Source: Chiloscyllium plagiosum (lineage: Eukaryota). From it: a stretch of DNA of 64,000 nucleotides. Under the pieces are notes generated by a model. It was given only the letters and a program-made list of their open reading frames with translations, was not told the DNA's origin and made no database searches. Shown here one piece after another: positions 50,861 through 63,011 of the stretch (the first letter of the stretch is position 1; every line of letters starts with the position of its first letter). The stretch spans positions 22,763,886 to 22,827,885 of the forward strand of contig NC_057749.1 in the NCBI RefSeq assembly GCF_004010195.1. The letters are read 5' to 3'. The position numbers and the translations under genes were made by a program.

Positions 50861-51144
50861 TGAGATTACACACTGTTTTAGTAACAGAGAGCTCAGAGTG
50901 TTAGGGGCAGCGTATAGCAGAATGCTGTTAGGTTTGCACAGCAAAATGCTGGGTCCATTGGAAAGTTCAGCAGAAAGTGTGTGATCCACAGATGGAGCAA
51001 GAGAGAGTCCAACACCAGCCAGGCACATGACATCAGACAGAGCCTGGTTCCATCCAGGGAATTTCTGGCAAATCTTCACACAGTGTCGAACCAATCATGA
51101 CACACTGTCTGCCATCCAAGGTTTGTAGCATTGTTTGACATTTA

Positions 51145-51510
51145 CTCATGGGGGGCATGGGCATTGTTGGCTGGGCGAGCTTTTGTCGTCCATCTATTGT
51201 TGCCCTTGAGAAGGTGGTGGTGATCTGCCTTCCTGAACTGTTGCATCCAAAAGCTAAAGGTTGACCCACAATGCCCTGAGGGATGCAATTCCAGGATTCT
51301 GACCCAGTGACACTGAAGGAACGGCAATATATTTCCAAGTCAGAATGGTGAGTGGCTTGGAGGGAAACCTTCAGGTGGTGGTGTTCCAATTACTCTGCCT
51401 CCCTTGTCCTTTGAGATGTAAGTGATCACGGATTTGGCGGGTGCTGTGTAATGAGCATGGGTGAACTTCTGCAGTACATCTCACAGACAGTACACACTGC
51501 TGCTACTGAG
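51145..51510 (-). mobile_element. Second-family LINE 3' end
   Basis: Reverse of 21310-21612. Confidence 0.85.
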
Positions 51511-51519
51511 TATCACTGG

Positions 51520-51803
51520 AGTGGATGGAAAATGCAGAGATAGGGTGGGGGCAGGTGGGGTTTGGGTAGGATGCTCTTTGGAACGAGGTAAAAACAATGA
51601 CTGCAGATGCTGGAAACCAGATTCTGGATTAGTGGTGCTGGAAGAGCCCAGCAGTTCAGGCAGCATCCAAGGAGCTTCGAAATTGGATGCTGCCTGAACT
51701 GCTGTGCTCTTCCAGCACCACTAAACCAGAAAATGCTCTTTGGAACGTCAGTGTGGATTTGATGGACTGAATGGCCTGCTTCCACACTGTAGGGATTCTA
51801 TGA
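51520..51803 (+). mobile_element. HE1 tail hosting a PLE fold-back element (51586-51732)
   Basis: Perfect 15-bp TSD atgctctttggaacg at 51571-51585 and 51733-51747. Confidence 0.92.
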
Positions 51804-53012
51804 ATGATAAGTGGTGGGCGAATAAAGAATCGGGGTTGCATGTAATAGTATTTGGAAAAGCTCTTTCTTGCGAGAAGAGTTGTTTTTAGGTTGCTTTCTG
51901 CCTTTCTTTTCTGCTTGTTATATAGTTGAAGGTAGGGGCCGTTTCCCTGATGATTGACAGTTTGTGCAGCGTACAGGAGGCTATTCCAGAACTGGGGGAC
52001 CCTCATGAGGAGAACGGCCAAGTTTGACATTTTTAACAAATTTAGCTGGGACAGCTCTGAACCTCTCACATAAACAATCCCGAACAAGGACAAAAAAGCC
52101 AAATTAATGTTCACGGTTGCAAGGCTACCAACTGCCTGCTGCCCCAAACTGTGTAGGAAATGCAGCAGGGGTCTATTCTTACACAGTGTTAGCTGACCTC
52201 GAGCTGGGCGTGAACAAGGGGGTGACATCATTTTGAAATTTGGAGTACTCATTGGCTCGAATGATTCAAATGGATGGTTGAAATTGCATGAAGTACCAGT
52301 CCCTAGAACTAGGTTATGTTGACACAGAGAGTGAAATTGTGAGTAGCCCTTACCTGGTGGCAGTGCTCACCAATCATCTGGCTCTTTTAGATGGGACATG
52401 GCCCAGGTGAGGAGGAATGGGTCCCAAGGAACTCTTCAGCTGGAGACAAATTGCTGCCTCCGCCACTTCTATATGTAAATGGCCGTTTTCTGTCCAATGA
52501 ACTAATTTACCCTATCGAAACTGTTGATCCTTAACAGACTTTAAAAGCAAACCATCTGAAAGTTCCTTACAAATGCTGGGTAACTGTGTTCCCGAGTCCC
52601 CAGATCTACCCACCTCCACCTCACTGAGTTCCACAGACGGGAGGAGTTGGTCCAACTCTATCACTATTGTGAGGCAGCGGGACTGTACTATAAGGATGCT
52701 GTGCTCACATGCATGGGTCGCACTCCAGAGGCATCAGCCACACCCTTAACAGAGACCCCTCGGTGCTCCGTTGCTACCCTTTGCTTTTCCAATGGCAAGT
52801 TGAGATTACTTGTCACAGCAACCTCTCCAGACTGAAGGTGTTGTGTCTTCTGCTAGGAATGCCACACACTCACTTTATGAATCAGTAACACTGCAACTGA
52901 GGGACTGGAGTTGCTTTCGTTGCAGTGTGGGGCAGAGTTGGCATGTGCTGCGCAGAAATCAAAGTAGACACAGTGATTGGAGCAATGTGCCATGGAGAAG
53001 ACAAGCTCATTG

Positions 53013-53888
53013 AGTCATAGAGTCACACAGCATGGAAACAGGCCCTTTAGCCCAAACAGGTCCATGCTGACCATGTTGCCAATGCCTGCATTTGGTCCAT
53101 ATCCCTCAAAACCCTTCCCATCCATGCACCTACCCAAATGTTTTTAAAATGTTGCTATTGTACCTGCCTCAAACACTTCCCCTGGCAGCCCATTCCCACA
53201 TACGCACCACTCTCTGCGTGAAGAAGTTGCCCCTAAGGTCCTTCCTAAATCTTTCCCCTCTCATCTTAAACTGATGCACTCTATTTTTCAATTTACCCTC
53301 TCAGGGGAAAAAGACTTTATGCATTCATCCTCTTTATGCCCCTCCTGATTTTACACACCTCAATAAGGTCACCCCTCATTCCCCTACGTTCTAAGGAATA
53401 AAGTCCTTTCCTGGCCAACCTCTCCCTATAACTCAGGCCTACTAGTCCTGGCAACATCATTGTAAATCTTCTATGCACTCTTTCCAGTTTAACTATGTCT
53501 TTCCTATAACAGGGTGACCAACATTGTACACAGTACTCTAAATGTAGCTTACCAATGACTTACACAACTGTTACATAACATCCCAACTCCTATACATAAT
53601 ACCTTAACCGATGAAGGCCAGCATGTTAAATGCCTTCTTCACCAGCCTGTCTACCTCTGATACTGCTTTCAAAGAACGATGTACTTGTACTCCTTGGTCC
53701 CTCTGTTCCACAACATTCCTCAGGACCTTACCGTTTGCTGTACAAGTCTTACCTTGGTTTGGCTTTTGAAAGTGCAATACCTCACACTTATCTGTATTCA
53801 ATTGCATTTACCAATTACAAGTCCACTTCCCCATCTGATCAAGATCCCTTTGTGATTTTTGATGACCTTCCTTTCTAACAATACCTCC
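53013..53888 (-). mobile_element. CR1/HER1 3' ~0.9 kb (left half of a split element)
   Basis: MQLNTDKCEVLHF...EQRDQGVQVHRSLK...VKKAFNMLAFI; tail at 53013. Confidence 0.92.
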
Positions 53889-53979
53889 TCAGCAGAGAGC
53901 GGCGGGAGCTGGGTGGAAGTTCAGGCGGAGCGCAAAGCCGGTCGGGAAGGTAAGTGATTGCTATTAGAGTGGTTCGAAT

Positions 53980-54827
53980 ATGTGTGGAAAGTGTGTGCAT
54001 ATTCAGCTATTGACCGAGCATATTGCAGCGCTGATGAAAGAACTCGAGGACCTTAGGCTCATCCGAGAGAACGAGATCTTTCTGGACAAGACCTTCAGCG
54101 AGGTTATTACACCAATCATGCCAGAAGAGAGCAGAAGAGAGCAGACGATGAGGAAGGCAGAGAGGAGACAGGTGCAAGAGACCCTGACAGGTACTTCAGG
54201 AACAATTTGAAGCTTTTGGAAACAGTAGAGGCTGATGACACTGCCAGTTCGCAAGGCGGCCAGGTCTGTCAATCAAAAGTTGGCGCAGAGGCAGAGCGGA
54301 AGAGTCGGACATCGCACGGAGCCGTGGTAAAAGGGGACTCCATCGTGAGAGGAACTGACTGGGGTTTTTGTGGCAACAGACGGGATTTAAGGATGGTGTG
54401 TTGCCTTCCTGGTGCCAGAGTGAAAGACATCGTGGACAGAGTGCAGGAAATCCTCAAGGACGAGGGTGAAGAGCCAGAGGTGGTGGTACATGTCGGCACA
54501 AATGATGTCGGGAAGGAGAGGAGGAACATATTACAGCGGGACTTCGGAGAACTAGGAAGAAGGCTGAAAAGCAGGATGCCCAAGGTGGTTATCTCCGGTT
54601 TGCTTCCAGTTCCTCGGGCTGGTGTGGCCAGAAACAGGGAGATAATGGACGTGAACGTGTGGTTGGGGAACTGGTGCAGGAAGCAAGGATTTAAGTTCTT
54701 GGATCACTGGGGTGCATTTTGTGGTAAGCGTAAATTCTGCAAGAGAGATGGTTTGCACCTTAATAGGTTAAAGACCAGCATTCTGGCAGGCAGGTTTTCT
54801 ACTGCAACACCGCTATATTTAAACTAA
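53980..54827 (+). pseudogene. CR1 ORF1 (CxxC, coiled coil, SGNH/GDSL esterase-like domain), frameshifted near 54207
   Basis: CGKC, GDSIVRG, CLPGARV, VHVGTND, VISGLLPVP, FLDHW, DGLHLN. Confidence 0.9.
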
Positions 54828-54994
54828 GTAGCAGGGGGGAGGGGACAAACTGGATGTTTAAAAAGGAAATTGAAGGGAAAGTTAGAACAAGAGAAGTCAA
54901 GAAAGACAACTGTATCAATGAGGCAGAAAACTCGGAAAGGGATCATGCTGTAAGGTTGAGTGAAATAAGGGTTGATGGGAAGGGTGAGAGCAGT

Positions 54995-55630
54995 AACAAA
55001 TTAAAAATACTATACATGAATGCACGAAGCATTAGACATAAGATGGATGAGCTTGATGCTCTTTTGGAAATTAGCAGATACGATATTGTGGGGATAACTG
55101 AGACATGGCTTCAAGTGGACAGGGCCTGGGAGATGAATATTCAAGGCTTCACGTGCTATCGTAAGGACAGACTGACGGGCAGAGGGGGTGGGGTGGCCTT
55201 GTTGGTAAGGGAGGATATTCAGTCCCTTGCGCAGGGGGGACCTAGAGTCAGGGGATGTAGAGTCAGTGTGGATAGAGCTGCGAAATACTAAGGGTAAAAA
55301 GACCCTCTTGGGAGTCATCTACAGGCCCCCAAACAATAGTCTGGATGTCGGATGTAAGTTAAATCAGGAGCTGAAATTGGCCTGTCGCAAAGATGTCACG
55401 ACAGTTGTTATGGGGGATTTTAACATGCAGGTAGACTGGGAGAATCAAGATGGTATTGGGCCTCAAGAAAGAGACTTTGTGGAGTGCCCCAGAGATGGAT
55501 TCTTAGAGCAGCTGGTGCTGGAGCCGAACAGGGAGAAGGCAATTCTGGATCTGGTATTGTGTAACAAACCAGAATTGGTCAGAGACCTCGAAGTGAAGGA
55601 GCCATTGAGAAGTAGTGACCATAATACATT
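54995..55630 (+). pseudogene. CR1 ORF2 apurinic-like endonuclease domain, one frameshift near 55235
   Basis: YMNARSI, GITETWL, YRKDR, GGGVALLV, YRPP, MGDFN, LDLVL, SDHN. Confidence 0.92.
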
Positions 55631-57728
55631 AAGGGCTGAATGGCCTACTCCTGCACCTATAGTCTATTGTCTATTGTCAAATACTTAATCCCTTATAAAA
55701 TACACATGTTCTTCAAGTACTTAATCAATCGTCAAAATATACATTAGTCCTTATAGACCCAAATAAATTAATCTTGTTTTGATCAATTGGAACTGTTGAT
55801 CAAACTGTGAATTTACAGGTCCCTTTTTAGATTTTGTTGCAAAAACAGTCAAGTAGCACTTATGTCAACAAACACTGAAATAGTAATCACTACATTTTCT
55901 TTCACCTGGTAGTTGATTTTTCTTGCCCCCCAAAATTTAAAAGGGCAGTTAATTTAAACAATTTGACAGCTTGGGAATTCCAGAGAACGGTATCTGATAG
56001 TTACCTATTTATTATGCACTTTCTTGTCTACTCTGAATTCTCCTCAAAAGGGAAGGGGCACCAGGCCTCCACAGCCACTCCAGACATTTCAGAAAAATGA
56101 CTAAAGCTGCTGGAGTCCTTGAGTGTGCTTTGAAAATTCCGGGAACAAAAATTGGATCTGTTTGCAGGCAGCTGCACTTAGACATGTGCAACTGCCTCTA
56201 TGCACCACAGATTTACGAAGTACAACTCGTCCTTGATCCCCAGCAAATATGATGAGTACCAGGTTCAGGGATGTAACGCTCATAATCAGGGAGCTAGTGC
56301 TACTTTAGCTTGGGCAGAGAGAATGAATAAAGTCAACCCAACATTTTATTTTGTTGTTCTGTTCAAAATTAAACTCTCTCTGTTATAGCTTTAATTTAGT
56401 GTACACTGTTAGAAAATGAGGGTAGCAGTTGCTTGTCACAGAAAAAGAAAGTTACTTCTTTCTATCTCTCCCACCTTCCCAATAGTTAGAGCTGTGCGAA
56501 AGATGTTGGATCTAATTGTGAAAACCTTTGCTGCTTTTGTACAACTTTGTTGAGCAACTAAGCCACTCTGCATCTTTCCCACTCCAGGTCAGATTGGTCA
56601 CACCATTGTGGGTTTCGTTTTTTTCTGCTGACACTGCAGTCCTGTTTGAAATTAAATTTAGCAGTAACAAGAAAATTTTGATAACTGGAAAAAAAGAAAT
56701 AACATCACAAAGCTTCTCTGAGGCATCTCCTGTTGGCTACCCAGGTTACAAGCCAGGCTCTCTTTACTTATCCCTCTGAGCAGATGTAAGACACTGCAAC
56801 AATGCACAGCATCAGACAAATTAAATCAGACAGGAGCAGCGACCACTTTTTCTTTCATTATTCCAGTGCTCGAATTTTCGCTGTAGGATAAATTGCATTA
56901 AGTGTAAAATGAAAACCTAATGTAGTTTCTTGAATCAACAGGAAATACAGCTGAATGCGATGACGAGGAAAGATACAGAATTTTGATTTCCCCACTGTCC
57001 ACAATAAAAAATTATTTAGCATTTCAGTGTCATGAACCGAGATAAAGATGTATGATAGCAGTCGTTTAACTTGGCACGCTGAAACCTTTATTTCTGTTCA
57101 CTTGCTTAGAACCAAGTCATTTTCCATGGGATAGGGTACAAAATTGTCAGTTTCCAATATCTGGGAATACAATCAAGTGAGTAACCTTTCAGCTTTGAAC
57201 AAACTACTTAGGGATCCCTATTGTTATTGGTATATTTCGGAGGCCCTGGTCTGATTTCAAAACTCTTATCGAGAAGACAGTGTTACATTGCAAGGCAGAG
57301 TCACACAAACAGTCTCCTTCTCAGAAGCATAAAAAAACATGCCATTCACACTAAGAAACATGAGATACCGCGGATACATAATTCTATTACTGTTGCTTTT
57401 ATTTCATTCTATACATATTGTTCTGTTGAAGGCGTTCCATTTGTCAAGGAGAAATGGAACATGATAAGGGTGAAATTCAGATTGATAATTCCTGTTGATA
57501 GTGCAGTAAGGGTGCTCTTTGATACCAAAAATGATATTCTTGCACATTTTTGTCGCAAATTGTGCCAGGTTCCATAATGATGAGGGTATAACAGTGTGCA
57601 TGTTGCGGAAATTGGGCAGAAATATAAAAAGCAGGTAGATCATTGGACCAGTCTACAAAGCTGTGCCATGTGACGACACAAGAACCATTACATTCTTCCG
57701 AAAGCATGGTGACCAGAACTGGACCCAA

Positions 57729-57828
57729 GGAAAAAGTGAGGACTGCAGATGCTGGAGATCAGTGTCAAAAAGTGTGGCGCTGGAAAAGCACAGCAGGTCA
57801 GGCAGCATCCGAAGAGCAGGAGAATTGA
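57729..57828 (-). mobile_element. PLE pLTR single arm
   Basis: aaagtgaggactgcagatgctggagatcag...gcagcatccgaagagcaggagaat. Confidence 0.88.
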
Positions 57829-57831
57829 TGG

Positions 57832-58083
57832 TTCGAGGAGAAACTTCTTCACCCAGAGAGTGGTGGCTGTGTGGAATGCTCTGCCCCAGAGGGCAGTGGA
57901 GGCCCAGTCTCTGGATTCATTTAAGAAAGAGTTGGATAGAGCTCTCAAAGATAGTGGAATCAAGGGTTATGGAGATAAGGCAGGAAGAGGATACTGATTA
58001 GGAATGATCAGCCATGATCATATTGAATGGTGGTGCAGGCTCGAAGGGCTGAATGGCCTATTGTCTATTGTCTATTGTCTATT
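57832..58083 (+). mobile_element. CR1 3' end with (tctattg)n tail
   Basis: RRNFFTQRVVAVWNALPQRAVEA...FKKELDRAL; same tail unit as 55660-55678. Confidence 0.93.
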
Positions 58084-58410
58084 ATCATTGGCAAGCATAC
58101 TAATCATTCCTTTTACATTCACATCCAGATCATTTATATAAATAACAAATAACAAAGGTTCCAGCACTGACCCCTGTGGTACACCACTAGTCACAGGCCT
58201 CCAATCTGAGAAACAACTTTCAACCATCATCCTCTGCTTCCTACCACCAAGCTAATTTTGAATCCAATTAGCGAGCACTCCCTGGATCCCATGCAACCTA
58301 ACCTTCAAGACTAGCCTTGTCAAATGCCTTACTAAAGTCCATACAGACAACTTCCACTGAGCTACCCTCAACTATTCTCTTGATTACCTCGTTGAAAACC
58401 ACTAAAAGAT
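58084..58410 (-). mobile_element. CR1 RT fragment (right half of the element split at 53888)
   Basis: Reverse strand encodes a [12 protein letters not shown] motif (cagcactgacccctgtggtacacc) and a decayed FADD region; collinear with 53013-53888. Confidence 0.82.
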
Positions 58411-58464
58411 TTGGGTCTCGCACTGATGCAAGGCCACTGATACATTGGCAAAAGGGAAATGTAT

Positions 58465-59122
58465 TGTGACAATACTATGGCTTTAAGACATGCATTTTGT
58501 CCTTGGTCTTTTTGTTGGTCAGAGGTTTTAAGTCAGATGTACTGTGCTGTTATGGAAAACCCTTAATGTAACAGCTTGTGAGACCATGGATCTTTTTTTA
58601 TAATTGGAACAATAGAAGCAGCCTGAATGGGTGATACCAGCTCCCACAGAACCTAGATTTTTAGTTTTTTTAGTTTTTCAATAGCAGTTGCTCTTCAAGA
58701 GGTTTTGAAGATGGGGAAGCTGTTTTTTGTTTCCTTCTCTTGGTTACAGCTGAAAGCTTGGGGTTCTCTTCCTACTGCTGAAGTTGTGTGTGAGACAATC
58801 TTGTTTTTCTGAATTTGACTTTGCCACGGGTGTGTTTATGCAATGTTACAACATTGGAACTGTTACTGTTTAGCTGTTAAATCATCTTTTATTCTGTTAG
58901 GTTTTCCAATTGAGCTAAGGTATTCCAATTCCTTTATACCTTTTTTTTATTTTTTTAACAATAGTGTATGAATTAAGTGTGTTTTGCTTCAAATCTGACA
59001 GTTTGACCAATCAAATTGCATTGGGATTGTAGCACCTTATATGTACCTTTAAAATAAGAAAAAGCTTGGTTCGAGACTGTCTTCTTAATATATGTTGAGG
59101 TGGTTTGGTCTAGCCCATATTA
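58465..59122 (+). mobile_element. Probable degenerate solo LTR
   Basis: Starts TGTGAC and ends ggtctagcccatatta (decayed ...ataaca). Flanks are gtat / gtag. LTR-like composition. Confidence 0.4.
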
Positions 59123-59591
59123 GTAGTTAACTCTGATTCAACAGACAGCCTCAGTGACCATCCTCCCACAACAGTGGATATCAAACTGTGATATGTTGCA
59201 AATATCTTCTCCAATCCCTCAACCCTCCAAGATATTGAAGCTCATTTAATGTTGGCCATTTGTGCCAGCTCTGAATCATTCTCCATTGGTGGTCTCTCGA
59301 CATTCTCCACTTTGTGTTCTCTTAAAGTCTATTCTCTTTACCCAAGCTTTCGGCCGTTTGACCGAATAAGTCTTCAAGGGGCTCGGTGTAATAATTTCTT
59401 CTCTAACTTTCCTGTGAGGCAGTTTGCGATGCTTCCTTGCACTATCCATGCATCAAGCTATAGTTAATGGTTAACCTCTAAAGTTATGGTTGAACTTGAG
59501 GAAATCCAGAATGGTAGATTTTCATCCTTCTCATCCCTCCTTGCTAACCTATTCAGTTATCCTCAATTTCAGAAAGATGCACCATTACTTC

Positions 59592-60350
59592 TGGGTCAGA
59601 GAGCTGTGAGTTCAAGTCTCATTCCATGAACATAAACACATAATCTAGGCAGTCTCTTCAATGCATTACTTGGGGAGCACTGGGGAGGTGATAGGCTGGT
59701 GGTATTATCATTGGACTGTTAATCCAGAGACACAAGTAGTGTTCTGAGGACCCCGGTTTGAATCCTGCCACTACAGATGGTGGAATTTGAAATCAATAAA
59801 AATCTGGAATTAAGAATCTAATAATGGCCATGAGTTGATTGTCGGAAAAACGCATCTGGTTCACTAATGTCATTCAGGGAAGGAAACTGCCATCCTTACC
59901 TGGTCTGGCTTACATGTGACTCCAGACCCACAGCATTGTGGTTGACTCTTAACTGCTCTTAGGGATGGGCAATAAATGCTGGCCCAGCCAGTGTCCTGTG
60001 AATGAATAAAACTGGAGGAAAACTGCACCTGTCTGAAGTGCTGTCCTCAAACGAGATACTAAATTAGAGCCTTATCAAGTCGATGTACAAGAACCCCCAG
60101 CACAGGCTCAAAGCAGGGAAAAAGATTATTCCCAAGTGTTCTGACCAACATTTATTCTTAAACCAATGTCAACGCAACAGATCCGGTGATTATCGCATGG
60201 CTGCTTGTGGGAGTTTGTCACGGGCAAACTGACTGCCACGTTTTCACGATTACAGCACTGACTCCGCTCCAGAAGTAGATCATTGACTGTAAGTCACTTT
60301 GGGACATGCTGATGTTCTGAAAGGCATTACATCAATCCAACTCTTCCCTT
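59592..60350 (+). mobile_element. SacSINE1-like DeuSINE split by a full-length SINE family B copy (59681-60011)
   Basis: gagttcaagtc B-box head; Deu-domain-like ccaacatttattc, gcttgtgggagtttg, actttgggacatgctga...gaaaggc (recognised from memory of the consensus). Confidence 0.75.
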
Positions 60351-60865
60351 TTGAGGGCAGAAGACAGGAAGGTCATTGAGTTGACTGCCCTAACCGGCAG
60401 GATTGAGGACGGATTGGCAGAGTTGATTTCAGTTCTGTACCATGGTGGCCTGCACTGGATTTGAAGGGTTTTAAAAATACCTTTCTGCTAATTATCCTTC
60501 TCCATTTCAGTCATTTTTTACCTGAAGCAGCAGGGGACCTGCTAGACAATGCGATTGGATATTGAGCAAAATGGGTTGGTACATTTATCACCACTGAGCC
60601 TCTGCTCAAGTGGTGTGTGAAAGATGAAATTCTAATTAAATAAGAGGATTGATAATGCATTCCTCTTCACTTTCATCTTCCTTTCAAATATAATTAGGAA
60701 TTCTAAATTTAAAGGTTTCAAACTGCATTAATATTGCTGTAGAGAGAACTACACCTTTACCTGTGGCTGGTGATGTACCTTGAGAAAACAATCCTAGAGA
60801 AAAGGTTCTTTCACTAACTTTGAAACTTTGAAATCAAGTTGTTTGCTGCTTTACTGTTACACATA

Positions 60866-61432
60866 CGTGGTGGCTCAGTGGTTAGCACTGCAGTCTCACA
60901 GTACCAGGGACCCGGGTTCGATTCCAGCTCGGGTGACTATCTGTGTGGTGTTTGCACGTTCTCCCCGTGTCTGTGCGGGGGTGCTCCGGTTTCCTCTTAC
61001 AGTCCAAAGATGTGCAGGTCAGGTGAATTGGCCATGCTAAATGGTCCGTAGTGTTAGGTGCTTAGTGAGAGGAAAAGGGGTCTGGGTGTGTGGACTTGTT
61101 GGGTCAAAGGGCCTGTTTCAACACTGTAGGGAATCTAATCTAATCTTGTACTGCTGCCTCACAGTGTCAGGGACCCGGGTTCAATTCTTGCCTCGGTCAA
61201 CTGTGTGGAGTTTGCACATTCTCTGAGCGGATCTGCTCCAGTTTCCTCCCACATTCCAAAAAGATGTGCAGGTCAGGTGAATTGGCTATACTAAAAAATT
61301 GCCCATAGTGTTGGGTGCATTAGTCAGGGGTAAATGTAGAGAAATGAGTCTGAGTAGGTTACTCTTTGGACATCGGCGTGGAAGCATTGGGCCGAAGGGC
61401 CTGTTTCCTCACTGTTGGTAATTTAATCTAAT
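60866..61432 (+). mobile_element. Two tandem HE1-type V-SINEs (~60866-61145 and ~61148-61432)
   Basis: Two heads, two V-domains, two (aatct)n tails. Confidence 0.92.
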
Positions 61433-61566
61433 ATTAGGGACTCATGTCAACAAAAACACTACACTGTCATGAAGGTTCATCAGATGCAATTGTAGAACTT
61501 TTAACACACGGAATGTATCAGTCCTGTCCACACTTAGTCCAATGGGAGGGGTATTTTTTTAAAAAA

Positions 61567-62755
61567 ACTGAAAGAACTGCAGATGCTAGGATTCGGCGGA
61601 AAAAAAAGCAGGAATTACTAGAAAGGTTCAGCAGGTCTGGCAGCATTTGTGGAGAGAAATCAGAGTTAACCTTTCGGATCCGATAACCCTTCCTCAGAAC
61701 TGATGGTAGCTAGAAAAATGTTGGTTTCTATAGAGAAGATGGGGTGGGGGGGAAGGGGTAAGAAATAAATGACAAGTGGAGACAGAGCCCAAAGCAACAG
61801 AAGCATCCAAAGAAGTGCACATTAGGAGAATTAGTCATGCTAAATTGTTCAGGGATGTATAGTTTAGTTTGTATTAGTCAGGGGTAAATGTAGGATAATA
61901 GGGTAGGGGAATGTGTCTGGGTAGGTTACTCTTTGGAGGGTCGGTGTGGACGTGTTGGGCCAAAGGGCCTGTTTCCATACTGTAGGGAATCTACGATTCT
62001 ATAACAGTTGGACAGACAAAGGAGTGGATAACAATCTGGCTAAGAGGGTGAATAGCTGTTAATGGAGGCTGTTGTGTAACAGCTGAGTATGTGATAACAA
62101 GGCCTGGTCTGTGGGGTTTGAGGTAAGACCATGGGAGAAGGTGCCTCAAGCCCTAAGATTGTTGAACTCGATATTGAGTCTGGAGGGCTGTAGAGTTCTC
62201 AAGTGGAAAATGAGATGTTGCTCTACCAGCTTGCGCTGACCTCCGCTGGAGCACTGCAGCAAGCCTGAGACAGAGATATTGGCCGGGGAACAGGGTGGGG
62301 TGTTGAAGAGGCAGGCAACTGGAAGCTCAGGGTCTCTTTTGCAGACAGAACGTAGATGTTCTGCAAAGTGGTCACCCAGTCTATGGCTTCATTTCCCCAA
62401 AGTAGAGCCAACCACATTGTGAGCAGCGAATGCAGTAGACTAGATTGTGGGAAGTGTTGGTAAAATGCTGCTTCACCTGGAAGGTGTGTTTGGGCTCTTG
62501 GATACAGAGGAGGGAGGAGGTAAACAGACAGGTGCCACACCTCATGTGGTTGCAGGGCAAGATGCATGGGGCTGGGGGAAGGAGGGGTGTTGGGAGTGAA
62601 GGAAGAGTGAACCAGGGTGTTCCAGAGGGAACCTAGTTACCATCAGCTTCCTATGTACCACCAGTTCTGAGGAAGGGTCACTGGACCTGAAAGATTAACT
62701 CTGATTTCTCTCCACACACACTGCTAGACCTGCTCAGCCCTTCCAGTAATTTCTG
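61567..62755 (-). mobile_element. Neptune-type PLE, 5'-truncated with inverted pLTR; HE1 tail (~61810-62000) nested inside
   Basis: Minus strand PCNHMRCGTC...FQVKQHFTNTSHNLVYCIRCSQCGWLYFGE (Cys linker plus GIY-YIG). ~61600-61712 is inverted at ~62634-62755. T7A6 direct repeat at both flanks. Confidence 0.88.
62663..62700 (+). ncRNA. Minimal hammerhead ribozyme motif
   Basis: agtt-CTGAGGA-A-gggtc(actg)gacct-GAAA-ga-TT-aact; perfect 4-bp stem I. Confidence 0.65.
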
Positions 62756-63011
62756 TTTTTTTAAAAAAGAATATCTCAGTGTCGGAACATATTCCACTTC
62801 CCAACTGCTCTCATTGCCTGTTCAGAAAAAAAACACGCCCGAATTCATATCACATAAGTGTCCTTTGTATCTATCGACATTCACAATGAATAAAATCTGC
62901 AGCTGATCCCCTGATAATTATACAAGCTTAGATTTACAGAATACATATTTTCCTCATCCATCTGTTTAGAGATGTCTTTTTTTTATTAACCTGTTTTTTC
63001 TCATCAACCTG

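Larger units (their letters stand above)
53889..55678 (+). mobile_element. CR1 LINE 5' half: 5' UTR, ORF1, endonuclease, joined directly to a 48-bp 3' tail (RT absent)
   Basis: ORF1 and APE motifs, then an abrupt jump after SDHNTL to agggctgaatggcctactcctgcacctatagtctattgtctattgtc. Confidence 0.93.
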
